Below are positions 25,804-34,758 of a stretch of DNA of 64,000 nt, one piece after another; within the stretch, counting starts at the first letter, position 1, and the number at the start of each line of letters is the position of its first letter. The DNA is taken from positions 300,453 through 364,452 of the forward strand of contig OZ241962.1 of the NCBI GenBank assembly GCA_965203995.1. Direction: 5' to 3'. The position numbers and the translations under genes were made by a program. The notes under the pieces were generated by a model that was not told the DNA's origin, ran no database searches, and saw only the letters and a list, made by a program, of their open reading frames with translations. The stretch comes from Dehalococcoidia bacterium. Lineage in GTDB: Bacteria > Chloroflexota > Dehalococcoidia > Bin125.

Positions 25804-27474
25804 CTAATCGCAACACTCCCCAACGTCCAGACGGCAGAAGCACGATGACTGCACCGGCAGGTCGGCCCGGGCCTGGGCAAGGTCCAGCCGCTGCCGAGCC
25901 ACCGCCGCGAGCTCCGGTTGGTCCAGCCGCTCCAGGCACTCGACGTACCCGGCCAGCGCCCAGATGTTGTCCAGATGCTGCCGCGGCCGGCTCACCGACG
26001 AGTCATAGCCCAGGTCCGCCCGGTACACCTCCAGCGCCTCCGCCACCCGACCCCGCTCCAGCAGCAGCGCCCCCAGCGCATGCCGCACCGGCTGCATCCA
26101 GCCCCACGGCTCGTCGTAGTGCAGGTCGTCGTCCAGCTCCACCGCCCGCCGCAGGTGCCCAAACGCCTCGTCGAACGCCCCCTGCCGATACGCAATCTCC
26201 CCGCGCATCATCTCCTGAGCAATCGCCAGGATGTCCCGGCTCGGATTGTTGAACTGGTACCGCGTCTCCGGCACCGCCTCATACGCCCGCTCAAACTCCG
26301 CCGCCTCCGCCGCCGCCTCATCCGTCCGACCCAGCGTCGCCAGCGCAATCGCCCGCGCATAGCGCATCGTCGCCGTCGTCACGCAGTACAACTCCCGATC
26401 CTCCGGCAGCTCCTGCTTCAGGATCTCCTCCCACTTGCCGAACCGCACCATCACGTGCTGTTCGATCGGCACGAACGACTCCAGCCAGTCCGCCATGTTC
26501 GGCGACTCCATCCGCAGCAGCGCCTCGGGAATCTCCCCCTGCATCGCCCGCGCCGTTTCAATCGCCTGACCGTACTGAGCCAGGAACATCGCGCCGTAGA
26601 TCTTGAAGTGATAGTTGTGGCAGCGGTACATCGTGTAGAAGTTGAACGCCCCCCGCTCCTCCACGAACAGCCGATCCGCCTCGATCGCCCGCCCATTCCA
26701 GTCGACCACGCTCTGGTAATCCCCGCACAGCACATCAATGTGCGTCCCCATGTGCTGCAAGTGCCCCGAGTCCGGCACCAACTCCTTCAACTGGTCGGCA
26801 GCCCGCAGCGCCGCCTGCGGGAAGGGCGACATCTCCATCAGGTGGATGTACATGTGCAGCAGCCCCGCATGAGGAGCGTCGCCGCAGTGCTCGCAATGCT
26901 CCATCGCCCGCTCCAGCACCTCCTGCGCCTCCACCGTGTACGCTCCCGCAGCCGGCTCACCCGTCGCCAGGTTCCACAGCGACCACGGAGTCCGATTCAT
27001 CATCGCCTCGGCAAACAACGACGCCACATCCGCATCATCCGCGTGCCGGCCATAGACCTCACGCATCGCATCGGCGTAGTCGTCAACCCAGGGCATCATG
27101 TCCTCAAGCGGCTGCCGCGACGGATAGCGTCGCAGCAGCGCCGCGGTCAGGTCCCGCTCCGCCTCCGTGCCCCGAGTCGCCAGTTCAGCCGCCCGCTTCG
27201 CCGCGTCGAACGCTCGGCCAAGCGCATGCGCCGTCTCCTGGCGCCCGAACGCCTCCCACGGCTTGTTGTAGTTCGGCCCGATCGCATACGCCACGCCCCA
27301 GTGCGCCATCGCACAGTCCGGATCAGCCTCAACCGCCTGCTCAAAGCAATAGACCGCCTCGTCATGGTTGAACCCGTACGTCCACGCCAACCCCCGGTCG
27401 AACCAGCGCTGCGCCTCGGCAGATGTCGTCGTGATCGGTCGGCTGTACCCGCCGAGGTCATAGGCGTAGGTCAT
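25804..27474 (-). CDS. TPR-repeat protein
   Basis: Start MTYAYDLGG at 27474 follows GGAAGAGGA. TPR-like helical repeats run throughout, with conserved HW/AY pairs. 556 aa. Confidence 0.75.
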   Translation of the reverse strand: MTYAYDLGGYSRPITTTSAEAQRWFDRGLAWTYGFNHDEAVYCFEQAVEADPDCAMAHWGVAYAIGPNYNKPWEAFGRQETAHALGRAFDAAKRAAELATRGTEAERDLTAALLRRYPSRQPLEDMMPWVDDYADAMREVYGRHADDADVASLFAEAMMNRTPWSLWNLATGEPAAGAYTVEAQEVLERAMEHCEHCGDAPHAGLLHMYIHLMEMSPFPQAALRAADQLKELVPDSGHLQHMGTHIDVLCGDYQSVVDWNGRAIEADRLFVEERGAFNFYTMYRCHNYHFKIYGAMFLAQYGQAIETARAMQGEIPEALLRMESPNMADWLESFVPIEQHVMVRFGKWEEILKQELPEDRELYCVTTATMRYARAIALATLGRTDEAAAEAAEFERAYEAVPETRYQFNNPSRDILAIAQEMMRGEIAYRQGAFDEAFGHLRRAVELDDDLHYDEPWGWMQPVRHALGALLLERGRVAEALEVYRADLGYDSSVSRPRQHLDNIWALAGYVECLERLDQPELAAVARQRLDLAQARADLPVQSSCFCRLDVGECCD

Positions 27475-27601
27475 TGTGCAATCCTCTTCCGTCCCAGACC
27501 GATCTTCCAGTTCTCTTGGATCGTAAAGCGCGGGCGTCGATGTCGCCCTGATCGACATTTTCGGAACAACGTCCTGATACCCTCGCGCTAAGGAGGGCGT
27601 C

Positions 27602-27907
27602 ATGATCGACCTGTCGAACTTGACCGGCGTCATCTTCTCTGACATCGAAGGCGGGTTCGTCTCTGAATGCCCAGAGTTGGGGGTCGCAAGTCAGGGAGAA
27701 ACCGTCGATGAGGCTTGGGCGATGCTGACTGAGGCGGTGGAGCTGACCCTGGAAGATGCGGACGAGGACGAGATCAGGTCGCGGCTGGACGGATCGTACT
27801 TCTCCAACTCGCAGTTCACTGAGGAAGAGCTGATGGAGGGCCTTGAAGAGGTCGTGTCGAGGCCGCTGCTCATTAGTGCTGATGTACTCGGCGCGGCGGG
27901 TGGCTAG
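27602..27907 (+). CDS. hicB: HicB-family antitoxin
   Basis: …FVSECPELGVASQGETVDEAWAMLTEAVELTLED…, directly followed by and overlapping hicA. Confidence 0.85.
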   Translation: MIDLSNLTGVIFSDIEGGFVSECPELGVASQGETVDEAWAMLTEAVELTLEDADEDEIRSRLDGSYFSNSQFTEEELMEGLEEVVSRPLLISADVLGAAGG

Positions 27908-28127
27908 GCTCCGAGTCCTCTCCGGACAACAGATCATCCGAATTCTCGAGCGTCAGGGCTACGAGTTTGAGCGGCAACGCGGAAGCCATGTGACAATGCA
28001 GCGGCAGGGCCCGTCGGGCCAGCGAACGGTAATCGTGCCGCTTCATCGCGCCGTCAAGCGCAAAACACTGATGAGGATCATCGACCGATCCGACCTTCCT
28101 CGCTCTCTCTTTGAGCGCGGAACATAG
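27900..28127 (+). CDS. hicA: HicA-family mRNA interferase toxin
   Basis: GTG at 27900 gives VARLRVLSGQQIIRILERQGYEFERQRGSHVTMQR…VPLH…, the canonical HicA pattern. 8-nt overlap with hicB. Confidence 0.85.
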   Translation: MARLRVLSGQQIIRILERQGYEFERQRGSHVTMQRQGPSGQRTVIVPLHRAVKRKTLMRIIDRSDLPRSLFERGT

Positions 28128-28153
28128 GCGCGTTCACTCGTATCCTCCACTGC

Positions 28154-29341
28154 ATGACTACCAACCACCAACTCCTTCCCCCTCTCGACGGCATCACCGT
28201 CATCAACGCCGGACAGATTCTCGCCGCTCCCCATTGCGCCACCATGCTCGCCGAGTTTGGCGCCGACGTGATCAAGGTCGAACGACCCGGCACCGGCGAA
28301 CCCAATCACGGCACCATCTCATACGTACAGGAGAATCGCTCGCAGCGCGGCGTGACCTGCAACCTCGCCGATCCCCGCGGCAAGGACCTGTTCCGCCGGC
28401 TCTGCGCGCAGGCCGATGTACTGATCGAGAACTTCCGCCCGGGCACCCTCGAGAAAATGGACCTCGCGCCCGACTCGCTGCGCGAGCTCAATCCCGGACT
28501 GGTCGTCACCCGCGTCTCCGGCTACGGCCAGACCGGTCCCTACCGCGAGCGCGCCGGCTTCGACCGCGTCGCCCTCGGCTTCGCCGGCATGACCTACCAG
28601 ACCGGCTGGGCCGACGGTCCGCCCGTGCGGCCCGGATACATGGTCGCCGATTACTCGGCCGGCGTCTTCGCCGCTATGGGCACGCTGATGGCCCTACGCG
28701 CCCGCGACGTCAACGGCGGCGCGGGCCAGGATGTCGACGTGGCGCTCTACGAGGCGATCTGGAAGCAGTCGGGCACCCACGCTTCCCAGTTCGCGCACAG
28801 CGGCCGCAACCGGGATCGCAGCGGCAACTACTGGCCCGGCGTCGTGCCGGCCGAGCAATGGGCAACCGCCGACGGCCATCACCTGATCATCAACGCGACC
28901 ACCCAGGGAACGTTCGAGCGCCTGGTCGCCGCCATGCAACGCCCCGAGCTGCTCTCCGATCCGCGCTTCGAGGTCCACGCCATCCGCCGCAAGAACTACG
29001 AGGCGATCCACGAAATTGTCGGCCAATGGATCGGCTCCCTGACGCTCGAACAGGTCCAGCACCTGCTCGACAAGCACGGCGTCCCCGCGACCAAGGTCTA
29101 CGCGACTTCTGACATCATGGCGGACGAGCACTATGCCGCCCGCGACCAGATCGTGGCCGTGCCTTCGGAGCAGCACGGCGACCTGCCCCAACCCGGGATC
29201 GTCCCCCGCCTCTCCAGGACGCCCGGCGCCGTCAAGCACCGCGCCCCGACGCTGGGCGAGCACAACCGCGAGATTTATGGCGGCCTGCTCGGCGTCGGCG
29301 ACGACGAACTGCAGCAGCTCGCGCAGGATGGAGTGATCTGA
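28154..29341 (+). CDS. family III CoA-transferase (CaiB/BaiF)
   Basis: LDGITVINAGQILAAPHCATMLAEFGADVIKVE…, C-terminal …APTLGEHNREIY…. Confidence 0.92.
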   Translation: MTTNHQLLPPLDGITVINAGQILAAPHCATMLAEFGADVIKVERPGTGEPNHGTISYVQENRSQRGVTCNLADPRGKDLFRRLCAQADVLIENFRPGTLEKMDLAPDSLRELNPGLVVTRVSGYGQTGPYRERAGFDRVALGFAGMTYQTGWADGPPVRPGYMVADYSAGVFAAMGTLMALRARDVNGGAGQDVDVALYEAIWKQSGTHASQFAHSGRNRDRSGNYWPGVVPAEQWATADGHHLIINATTQGTFERLVAAMQRPELLSDPRFEVHAIRRKNYEAIHEIVGQWIGSLTLEQVQHLLDKHGVPATKVYATSDIMADEHYAARDQIVAVPSEQHGDLPQPGIVPRLSRTPGAVKHRAPTLGEHNREIYGGLLGVGDDELQQLAQDGVI

Positions 29342-30195
29342 TGACCACCGCAATCGTCGAACGCACGATCACCGCCTTTCTCGACGGCGACGACTCGCTG
29401 GAAATCAACAACATCATCCACTCGACCGCCGGCGCCGCCCGCTTCGGCTACACAGGCCCGCTCGTCGGCGGCACCACCGTCTACTCCTGGTCCGCCGCCG
29501 CGCTGGTCGAGGCCCTCGGCAAACGATGGCTCGACCAGGGCTGGGTCGAGTTCCAGCTCCGCAAACCTGTCTACCCCGAGGAACTGATCACGACCCGCGT
29601 CTCCCCGCTTCCCCCCTCTGGGGGGAAGCTGTCGAAGACTGAAGGGGGGTCCCCCACGGTCGAGTTCACCATGACCAAGCACAACGGCGACATCGCAGTC
29701 CGGGGCACCGCCGGACTCGGCATCGCCGGCTTCAACTCCGAGATCACCGACGCGACCGATCGGTCGCCGGTTCCCCAGCCCGACGATCGCCCCTTCATCA
29801 CCAGGGCGCTGGCTCCGCTCGGCGAAGACCTGCCCGCCATGTCCATCGACCTGAGCGCCGCCGAGTCGACGCGCTACGCCGACGAACTGGCTCGAGATCC
29901 CGGCCCGCTCTGGCGCGGCCCAGGCGCGCGCGTGCATCCCGGCTGGATCGCCCAACGAGCCAATGCCCTGCTCGCCCACACCTGGCGCTACACCGCGATC
30001 CACGCCTCCAGCCAGATCCAGCACCTCGCCCCCGTCCAGCCCGACCAGCGCCTGCTCGTCAGCGGACGGCTCGCGTCGGGCTACGAACGCAAGGGCCACG
30101 AGTACGCCGTGATCGACCTGACCATCAGCTCGGAAGACGGCCGCGATCTCGTGCGCATGCGCCAACCAACCATCTATCAAGTAGCAGCGCGATGA
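29341..30195 (+). CDS. double hotdog-fold (MaoC-like) hydratase/dehydratase, carries an in-frame family-B repeat insert
   Basis: Two hotdog-like halves (…NNIIHSTAGAARFGY…; …VHPGWIA…). Start coupled to the upstream stop (TGATG). Paralogue of 30277..31140. Confidence 0.65.
   Translation: MTTAIVERTITAFLDGDDSLEINNIIHSTAGAARFGYTGPLVGGTTVYSWSAAALVEALGKRWLDQGWVEFQLRKPVYPEELITTRVSPLPPSGGKLSKTEGGSPTVEFTMTKHNGDIAVRGTAGLGIAGFNSEITDATDRSPVPQPDDRPFITRALAPLGEDLPAMSIDLSAAESTRYADELARDPGPLWRGPGARVHPGWIAQRANALLAHTWRYTAIHASSQIQHLAPVQPDQRLLVSGRLASGYERKGHEYAVIDLTISSEDGRDLVRMRQPTIYQVAAR
29601..29655 (+). repeat. family-B palindromic repeat inside a CDS (translated SPLPPSGGKLSKTEGGSP)
   Basis: CTCCCCGCTTCCCCCCTCTGGGGGGAAGCTGTCGAAGACTGAAGGGGGGTCCCCC, related to the copies at 30541, 36301 and 49552. 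Confidence 0.7.
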
Positions 30196-30207
30196 TCACC
30201 GCCCCTT

Positions 30208-30247
30208 CCGATCCCCTCTCCCTCGAGGGAGAGGGTTAGGGTGAGGG
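30208..30247 (+). repeat. family-A palindromic repeat (intergenic)
   Basis: CCGATCCCCTCTCCCTCGAGGGAGAGGGTTAGGGTGAGGG is near-identical to 37541-37579. Confidence 0.85.
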
Positions 30248-30276
30248 TGAATCCCCAGCAAGCCCAGGACACCATA

Positions 30277-31140
30277 GTGACTACCACAACCATCGAACGC
30301 TCGATCACCGCCTTCCTCGACGGCGAGGACTCCATCGAGATCGACAACATCATCCACTCGACCGAGGGCGCCGCGAAGTTCGGCTTCTCCGGCGCGCTGG
30401 TCGGCGGCGTCACCGTCTACTCCTGGGCCGTGCCCGCCCTGATCGAGGCGCTCGGCGAAGACTGGCTCGACTCCGGCTGGATCGACTTCCGCCTCCGACG
30501 CCCCGTCTACCCCGGCGACGAAATCACGACCCGCGTTGTTAGCTCTCCCCCCGCAGAGCGGGGGGAGATGTCGCGGAGCGACAGAGGGGAGCTTTCAACA
30601 GTCGAGTTCACCATGGCCAAGGAATCCGGCGAAGTCTGCATCGCCGGAACCGCCGGACTGGGCGAAGCCGACTTCTACGCCGACCTCGCAGTCGCGCAGA
30701 ATCGCAACCCCGTCCCGCCGGCCGACCCGCCGACCCTGCTCACCCCCCAAAACCTGCCGATCGGCGAGGACCTGCCCGCCATGGCCGTCCCCATGACCCT
30801 CGCAGACGCCGCCGCCTACGCCGACCAGTTCGCCCGCGACCCGCACCAACGCTGGCGCGGCGAGGCAGCCCGCCTACATCCCGGCTGGATCGCCGGCCGC
30901 TGCGTCCGCCTGACCAAGCACACCTACAGCTATCCCGCCGGCATCCACGCCGGCAGCCAGATCCAGATGCTCTGCCCTGCCCGCGCCGGTCAGACCCTGA
31001 CCGTCTCCGGCCACGTCACCGACGGCTACCGCCGCAAACAGCACGAATACTGCCTGCTCGACGTGACCATCAGCGACGAATCCGGCCGCGACGTCGCCCG
31101 CCTCCGCCACCGCACGATCTACCAGGTCGGCGGCGGCTAG
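30277..31140 (+). CDS. double hotdog-fold (MaoC-like) hydratase/dehydratase paralogue, carries an in-frame family-B repeat insert
   Basis: GTG at 30277 (VTTTTIERSITAFLDG) parallels MTTAIVERTITAFLDG of the upstream paralogue. The track start at 30241 lies inside the family-A repeat. Confidence 0.65.
   Translation: MTTTTIERSITAFLDGEDSIEIDNIIHSTEGAAKFGFSGALVGGVTVYSWAVPALIEALGEDWLDSGWIDFRLRRPVYPGDEITTRVVSSPPAERGEMSRSDRGELSTVEFTMAKESGEVCIAGTAGLGEADFYADLAVAQNRNPVPPADPPTLLTPQNLPIGEDLPAMAVPMTLADAAAYADQFARDPHQRWRGEAARLHPGWIAGRCVRLTKHTYSYPAGIHAGSQIQMLCPARAGQTLTVSGHVTDGYRRKQHEYCLLDVTISDESGRDVARLRHRTIYQVGGG
30541..30594 (+). repeat. family-B palindromic repeat inside a CDS (translated SSPPAERGEMSRSDRGEL)
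   Basis: AGCTCTCCCCCCGCAGAGCGGGGGGAGATGTCGCGGAGCGACAGAGGGGAGC, at the position homologous to the insert in the upstream paralogue. Confidence 0.65.
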
Positions 31141-31258
31141 ACCGCTCAAAGACCCCGTAGTCGACTCAGACACAGAGCCGCCGCGGGACCTGCCGATCGG
31201 TCCCGCACGCGCCCGTCAGCTCCGGTCTGCGCCCCGCGCCCAGGCATAGACTGTTCGC

Positions 31259-32659
31259 ATGGCACGAAGCATTTCCGCGTTTGCCTCCTGGCGGCAACAT
31301 ACCTTCGCGGCGCTGCACGACCGCCACTTCCGCGTGCTCTTCGCCGGCACGCTGTTCGCGACCTTTGCCTACATGATGATGTTCCTCGTCATGTCGATTG
31401 TTGCCTACGACCTCTCGGGCAACAACACGGCAGTTGGGGTGATCGGGATGGGCGTCGGCATCGCCATGCTGCTGGCGCCCCTGGGCGGCGTGATTGCGGA
31501 CCGGGCGAACCGCAAATGGGTGATCGTGTTCGGACAGGGCGGCGGCGCCGCGATGCTCGCGCTGACCGGACTGTTGTTGTTGCTGGGCTGGTTGACGCTG
31601 CCGCTGATGTTCATCCTGATGATGCTGCTCGGCTTCACGTTCGTGCTCATGGGACCTGCACGCAACGCCTTTACCGCCGACCTGGTCGGACCGCGGCTGG
31701 TCGCCAATGCGATCGTGTTGAGCCAGCTCGCGAACACCCTGGGCCAGCCGCTGTCTCCGTTCATCGCTGCGATCCTGGTGGAGTCTCTCGTCGGCTCGGG
31801 CGGGACCTATGTGGTCATGGGCGCGCTCGTCGCGGTCGGAGTCTTCACGGTCGCGATGATGCCCAATCGTCAGCGCGAACGAGCGCAGCGCGAGGCCGAC
31901 GCCGATCAGGCCGCGCCGCCGCGCCGGAACGTGCTCAGCGACATCGCCGACGGCGCCCGCTACGTCTGGTCGCGTCCCTCGCTGAGGTTGATGCTGCTGG
32001 TCTTCGTCAGTTCGGTCGTGATCGGGTTCCTCTTCCGCATCCTCATGCCGGCCTTCCTCGACCAACACCTCGATCGGCCGACGAGCGACATGGGACCGCT
32101 GTTCCTGGTCAACGGAATCGCCGCGTCGATCGTCGCCCTCGTCGTGGCCGGCGCGCCGACTACGCGGTGGGCCTGGCCGGCCGTGTTCGTGCTCGTGGCG
32201 ACGATGGGCATCGGCTACCTGGTCCTGGCGGCATCGCAGACCTTTGGTCAGGCGATGATTGCGATGGCCCTGCTCGGTCCGGGATTGCAAGGGCCCGTGA
32301 TGATCTTGCAGGCGCGGATCATGATGCACACGGAATCGGCCTACTACGGCCGGGTAATGTCGTTCACGATGATGGCCTGGGGCGTGCAGATGGTCGCCGG
32401 CGGGCCGGCAGGAGCGCTGGCCGACGCGATCGGCGAGCGGGAAGTCTTCGCACTCATGGGAGTAGCGGCGCTGGTCATTACGGTGCTAGGAATCCTGGGC
32501 TGGCTGGCCATCCGCAAGCACGACCGTCCCCCGCTGCCCGCCATGCCCGCGCTCGCCGCCGACGCCAACGGCGGCGGGGCAGTGGCCGTGTCGGCCATGC
32601 CTCCGCCGCCGATGCTGCGCCCCGTCGCGCTCATGTCCGGCCAGAAGATCGACCGCTGA
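31259..32659 (+). CDS. MFS transporter
   Basis: About 12 predicted hydrophobic helices, a typical MFS loop motif (GGVIADRANRK), 466 aa. Confidence 0.88.
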   Translation: MARSISAFASWRQHTFAALHDRHFRVLFAGTLFATFAYMMMFLVMSIVAYDLSGNNTAVGVIGMGVGIAMLLAPLGGVIADRANRKWVIVFGQGGGAAMLALTGLLLLLGWLTLPLMFILMMLLGFTFVLMGPARNAFTADLVGPRLVANAIVLSQLANTLGQPLSPFIAAILVESLVGSGGTYVVMGALVAVGVFTVAMMPNRQRERAQREADADQAAPPRRNVLSDIADGARYVWSRPSLRLMLLVFVSSVVIGFLFRILMPAFLDQHLDRPTSDMGPLFLVNGIAASIVALVVAGAPTTRWAWPAVFVLVATMGIGYLVLAASQTFGQAMIAMALLGPGLQGPVMILQARIMMHTESAYYGRVMSFTMMAWGVQMVAGGPAGALADAIGEREVFALMGVAALVITVLGILGWLAIRKHDRPPLPAMPALAADANGGGAVAVSAMPPPPMLRPVALMSGQKIDR

Positions 32660-32687
32660 CCGCTGCGGCCCGACGCTCCTACTCCGC

Positions 32688-33386
32688 TCAGGCCGCGCTC
32701 GGCGGACCGTGCCGGTGCGACTCGAGCGCCGACAGCCGCCGCTCCAGCCGGCCGATCCGCGACTCGATCGTCGACAGCTCGCCGATCCGCTCCAGCAGCG
32801 CCGACCAGGGGAAGTCTCGGCCCGGATCCGACTTCTGCCGCGTCAGCTCGCTGTGACCCACGTGGAAGCGGCGGTCGACCGGAATCCCGTACTTCTCGCA
32901 GACGTAGGCCGACCAGGCCGCCACCGTCTCGAACTGCCGGCTGCCGGGCAGAAACATCTCGCCGATCTCCCGCGCATAGCCCTCGATCTCGATCGACAGC
33001 ATGCACGTGTTGTAGCTCACGTACTCGTCCCGCCACCAGCTCGGCCGCGGCAGGATCAGATCCTTGCGCCGCACGCCTTGCGCCCAGGCGAAGTCCTCGT
33101 CGCGGACCATCTGGTACAGGTCCCCGTCCGAGTCCGCGCAGTAGTTGGTGCTGGCGTTCGCCCGCGGGTCCTCGAACCACTTGGGCGTCACCTCGTTGTC
33201 GTCCCACGGTTCCTCCGGCGTGTGGTAGCAAAGCCCCGCGAAACAGCGCTCCGCGCCCGAGTACGGCCGCGTCGAGGCCGCGTAGTAGTTCGAGTGATGC
33301 GCCGGATACCAGATCGTCCGCGCCCCCTCGGGCAACCCGTCGATCCCGGCCAGGTCCGGCGCCGGCGAATGGGTGTTGGTGGTCAT
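32688..33386 (-). CDS. N-acetylmuramoyl-L-alanine amidase (phage endolysin, Amidase_2/PGRP type)
   Basis: Start MTTNTHSP at 33386 follows GGGAGG. …YPAHHSNYY…, SIEIEG, HVGHSEL…SDPG. C-terminal coiled-coil tail. Confidence 0.82.
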   Translation of the reverse strand: MTTNTHSPAPDLAGIDGLPEGARTIWYPAHHSNYYAASTRPYSGAERCFAGLCYHTPEEPWDDNEVTPKWFEDPRANASTNYCADSDGDLYQMVRDEDFAWAQGVRRKDLILPRPSWWRDEYVSYNTCMLSIEIEGYAREIGEMFLPGSRQFETVAAWSAYVCEKYGIPVDRRFHVGHSELTRQKSDPGRDFPWSALLERIGELSTIESRIGRLERRLSALESHRHGPPSAA

Positions 33387-33685
33387 GCGCCGCCTCCCGT
33401 CCGCTCCGTGCGCTCCGTTCGGTCCGCCGCGTCCGTTCGGCTTGCTTGCTCGCCGCGCTGCTCGCGGCTGCGCAGCACGCCGTAGCCGGCCGCCACCGCG
33501 ACCGCCATCGATCGCACCGCGTCCGAGGCGGGAATGCCCACGATCCCGGTCTCCAGCGCCGCCCAGACCCCGATCATTCCGATCGCGATCACCGCCCGCA
33601 CGCTGCCTCGCGGCAGCCACAGCGGGTCCGGCGCGCTCGGACGCGCCTCCCCGGGCCGTTCAAATGGATGAGCCTGTTCGCTCAT
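33383..33685 (-). CDS. holin-like membrane protein
   Basis: 100 aa with two hydrophobic helices. 4-nt overlap with the endolysin start. Confidence 0.55.
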   Translation of the reverse strand: MSEQAHPFERPGEARPSAPDPLWLPRGSVRAVIAIGMIGVWAALETGIVGIPASDAVRSMAVAVAAGYGVLRSREQRGEQASRTDAADRTERTERTGGGA

Positions 33686-33768
33686 GTTCGATTCCTTTCC
33701 AGTCGGGCGGCCTCAGCCGCCCCGTACGATCCCGGCGGCCTCAGCCGCCCCGGACAATGCCAGCGGCG

Positions 33769-34020
33769 CTAGCCGCCGCGGACTATGAATGCCGATCCCA
33801 GCCCAATCGCGGCCAGCAACACCGTGCCGCCGCCCAGGGCGATGTAGAGCCGGTCGATCCGCGCGTCAATCAGGTCGAGACCGCTCTCGATCCGGCGCAG
33901 ATACTGCCACAGCGCGTCGGTCTGGCTCTCGAGACACGACGGCAAGCAGCCGCCCGGCCCGGCCGGAGTTGCCGGGTCGGACGGCTGCGACGCGTGGCGG
34001 CTGAAGTTCGGTAGTGACAT
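33769..34020 (-). CDS. small phage-associated membrane protein (C-terminal TM)
   Basis: 83 aa, amphipathic helix plus TM (GGGTVLLAAIGLGSAFIV). Located in the lysis cassette. Confidence 0.45.
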   Translation of the reverse strand: MSLPNFSRHASQPSDPATPAGPGGCLPSCLESQTDALWQYLRRIESGLDLIDARIDRLYIALGGGTVLLAAIGLGSAFIVRGG

Positions 34021-34053
34021 GTCGTCCTCTCTGTGGCGTCGCCGCCGCCTCGC

Positions 34054-34386
34054 CTAGCCGGCGTCCTGGGGGAACGGCTCGCGCCCCTCCGCCAGGACCC
34101 GCCACCGCTCCGGCAGCTCGTCCAGCGATCGCGCCTCGCGCCACTCCATCGCTCGATGCTTCATGTACTTGTTGGCCGGCACCGCCTGCCAGCGATCCTC
34201 CTCGCTCAGCGGATTGCCCTTGGCATCGATGTCCTCGGGATTGAACATCACGATGTCGTAGCTCTGCAGGCCGTTGCCCTGCGAGCGCGCCTGCCGGTAC
34301 TCGTGGTGGCTGAGCAGGACGGCCCGCTCGCCCGGTGCGACCAGCGCCGGAGCGCCCGGCTTCTCCTCGTGCTTGTTGGTGTCCAT
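34054..34386 (-). CDS. hypothetical phage protein
   Basis: Start MDTNKHEE at 34386 follows GAGGAAG. 110 aa. Confidence 0.5.
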   Translation of the reverse strand: MDTNKHEEKPGAPALVAPGERAVLLSHHEYRQARSQGNGLQSYDIVMFNPEDIDAKGNPLSEEDRWQAVPANKYMKHRAMEWREARSLDELPERWRVLAEGREPFPQDAG

Positions 34387-34438
34387 CGTTCGCTTCCTCT
34401 CTCGCGTCCCTTCGGACGCATTCGTTCGTTGTAGGTGT

Positions 34439-34756
34439 TCAGCTCGGACCGAGACCCGCGTTGATCTCGGTGTCGAGCCAGGGTCGGGCCTCGATCTCCA
34501 CCGACTCGTGCGGCAGACCTGCCTCCTCCGCTGCCTCAAGCAGCAGGCGCTCGGCCTCGCGCGCGTCGTGGAATCCGTGACCCAGCAGCGATTGGCCGCG
34601 GCCGAGATACTCCCGGCCGTGGCGGTCGCGCTTCGGCGTCCGTAGGCAGGCCCGCTGCGCCCGCAGGCCGACCCCGAGCCGCGGCGCCGAGAAGCGCTCG
34701 GACCGCAGCTCGGAAAAGTCGGCCGGCGACCACAGGCCGCGTTCGTCCAGCGGCAT
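34439..34756 (-). CDS. hypothetical phage protein
   Basis: Start MPLDERG at 34756 is immediately after the capsid gene stop. 105 aa. Confidence 0.45.
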   Translation of the reverse strand: MPLDERGLWSPADFSELRSERFSAPRLGVGLRAQRACLRTPKRDRHGREYLGRGQSLLGHGFHDAREAERLLLEAAEEAGLPHESVEIEARPWLDTEINAGLGPS

Positions 34757-34758
34757 CG

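Noticed and set aside
25918-27591. 557-aa + ORF
   Set aside because: It is antisense to the TPR gene, and the product is R/P/L/H/Q-rich without motifs. The same reasoning applies to 36043..37608(-), 40281..41978(-), 46416..47939(+), 48391..50145(+), 60638..62383(+), 54034..55185(-), 55237..56250(-) and the many other overlapping ORFs in the track.
30241-30276. Track start (GTG 30241) for the second hydratase paralogue
   Set aside because: That GTG lies inside the family-A repeat. Alignment with the upstream paralogue's N-terminus (MTTAIVERTITAF versus VTTTTIERSITAF) supports GTG 30277. The in-frame repeat GTG is noted only as a curiosity: two of two such copies are in frame, with a chance probability of about 1/9.
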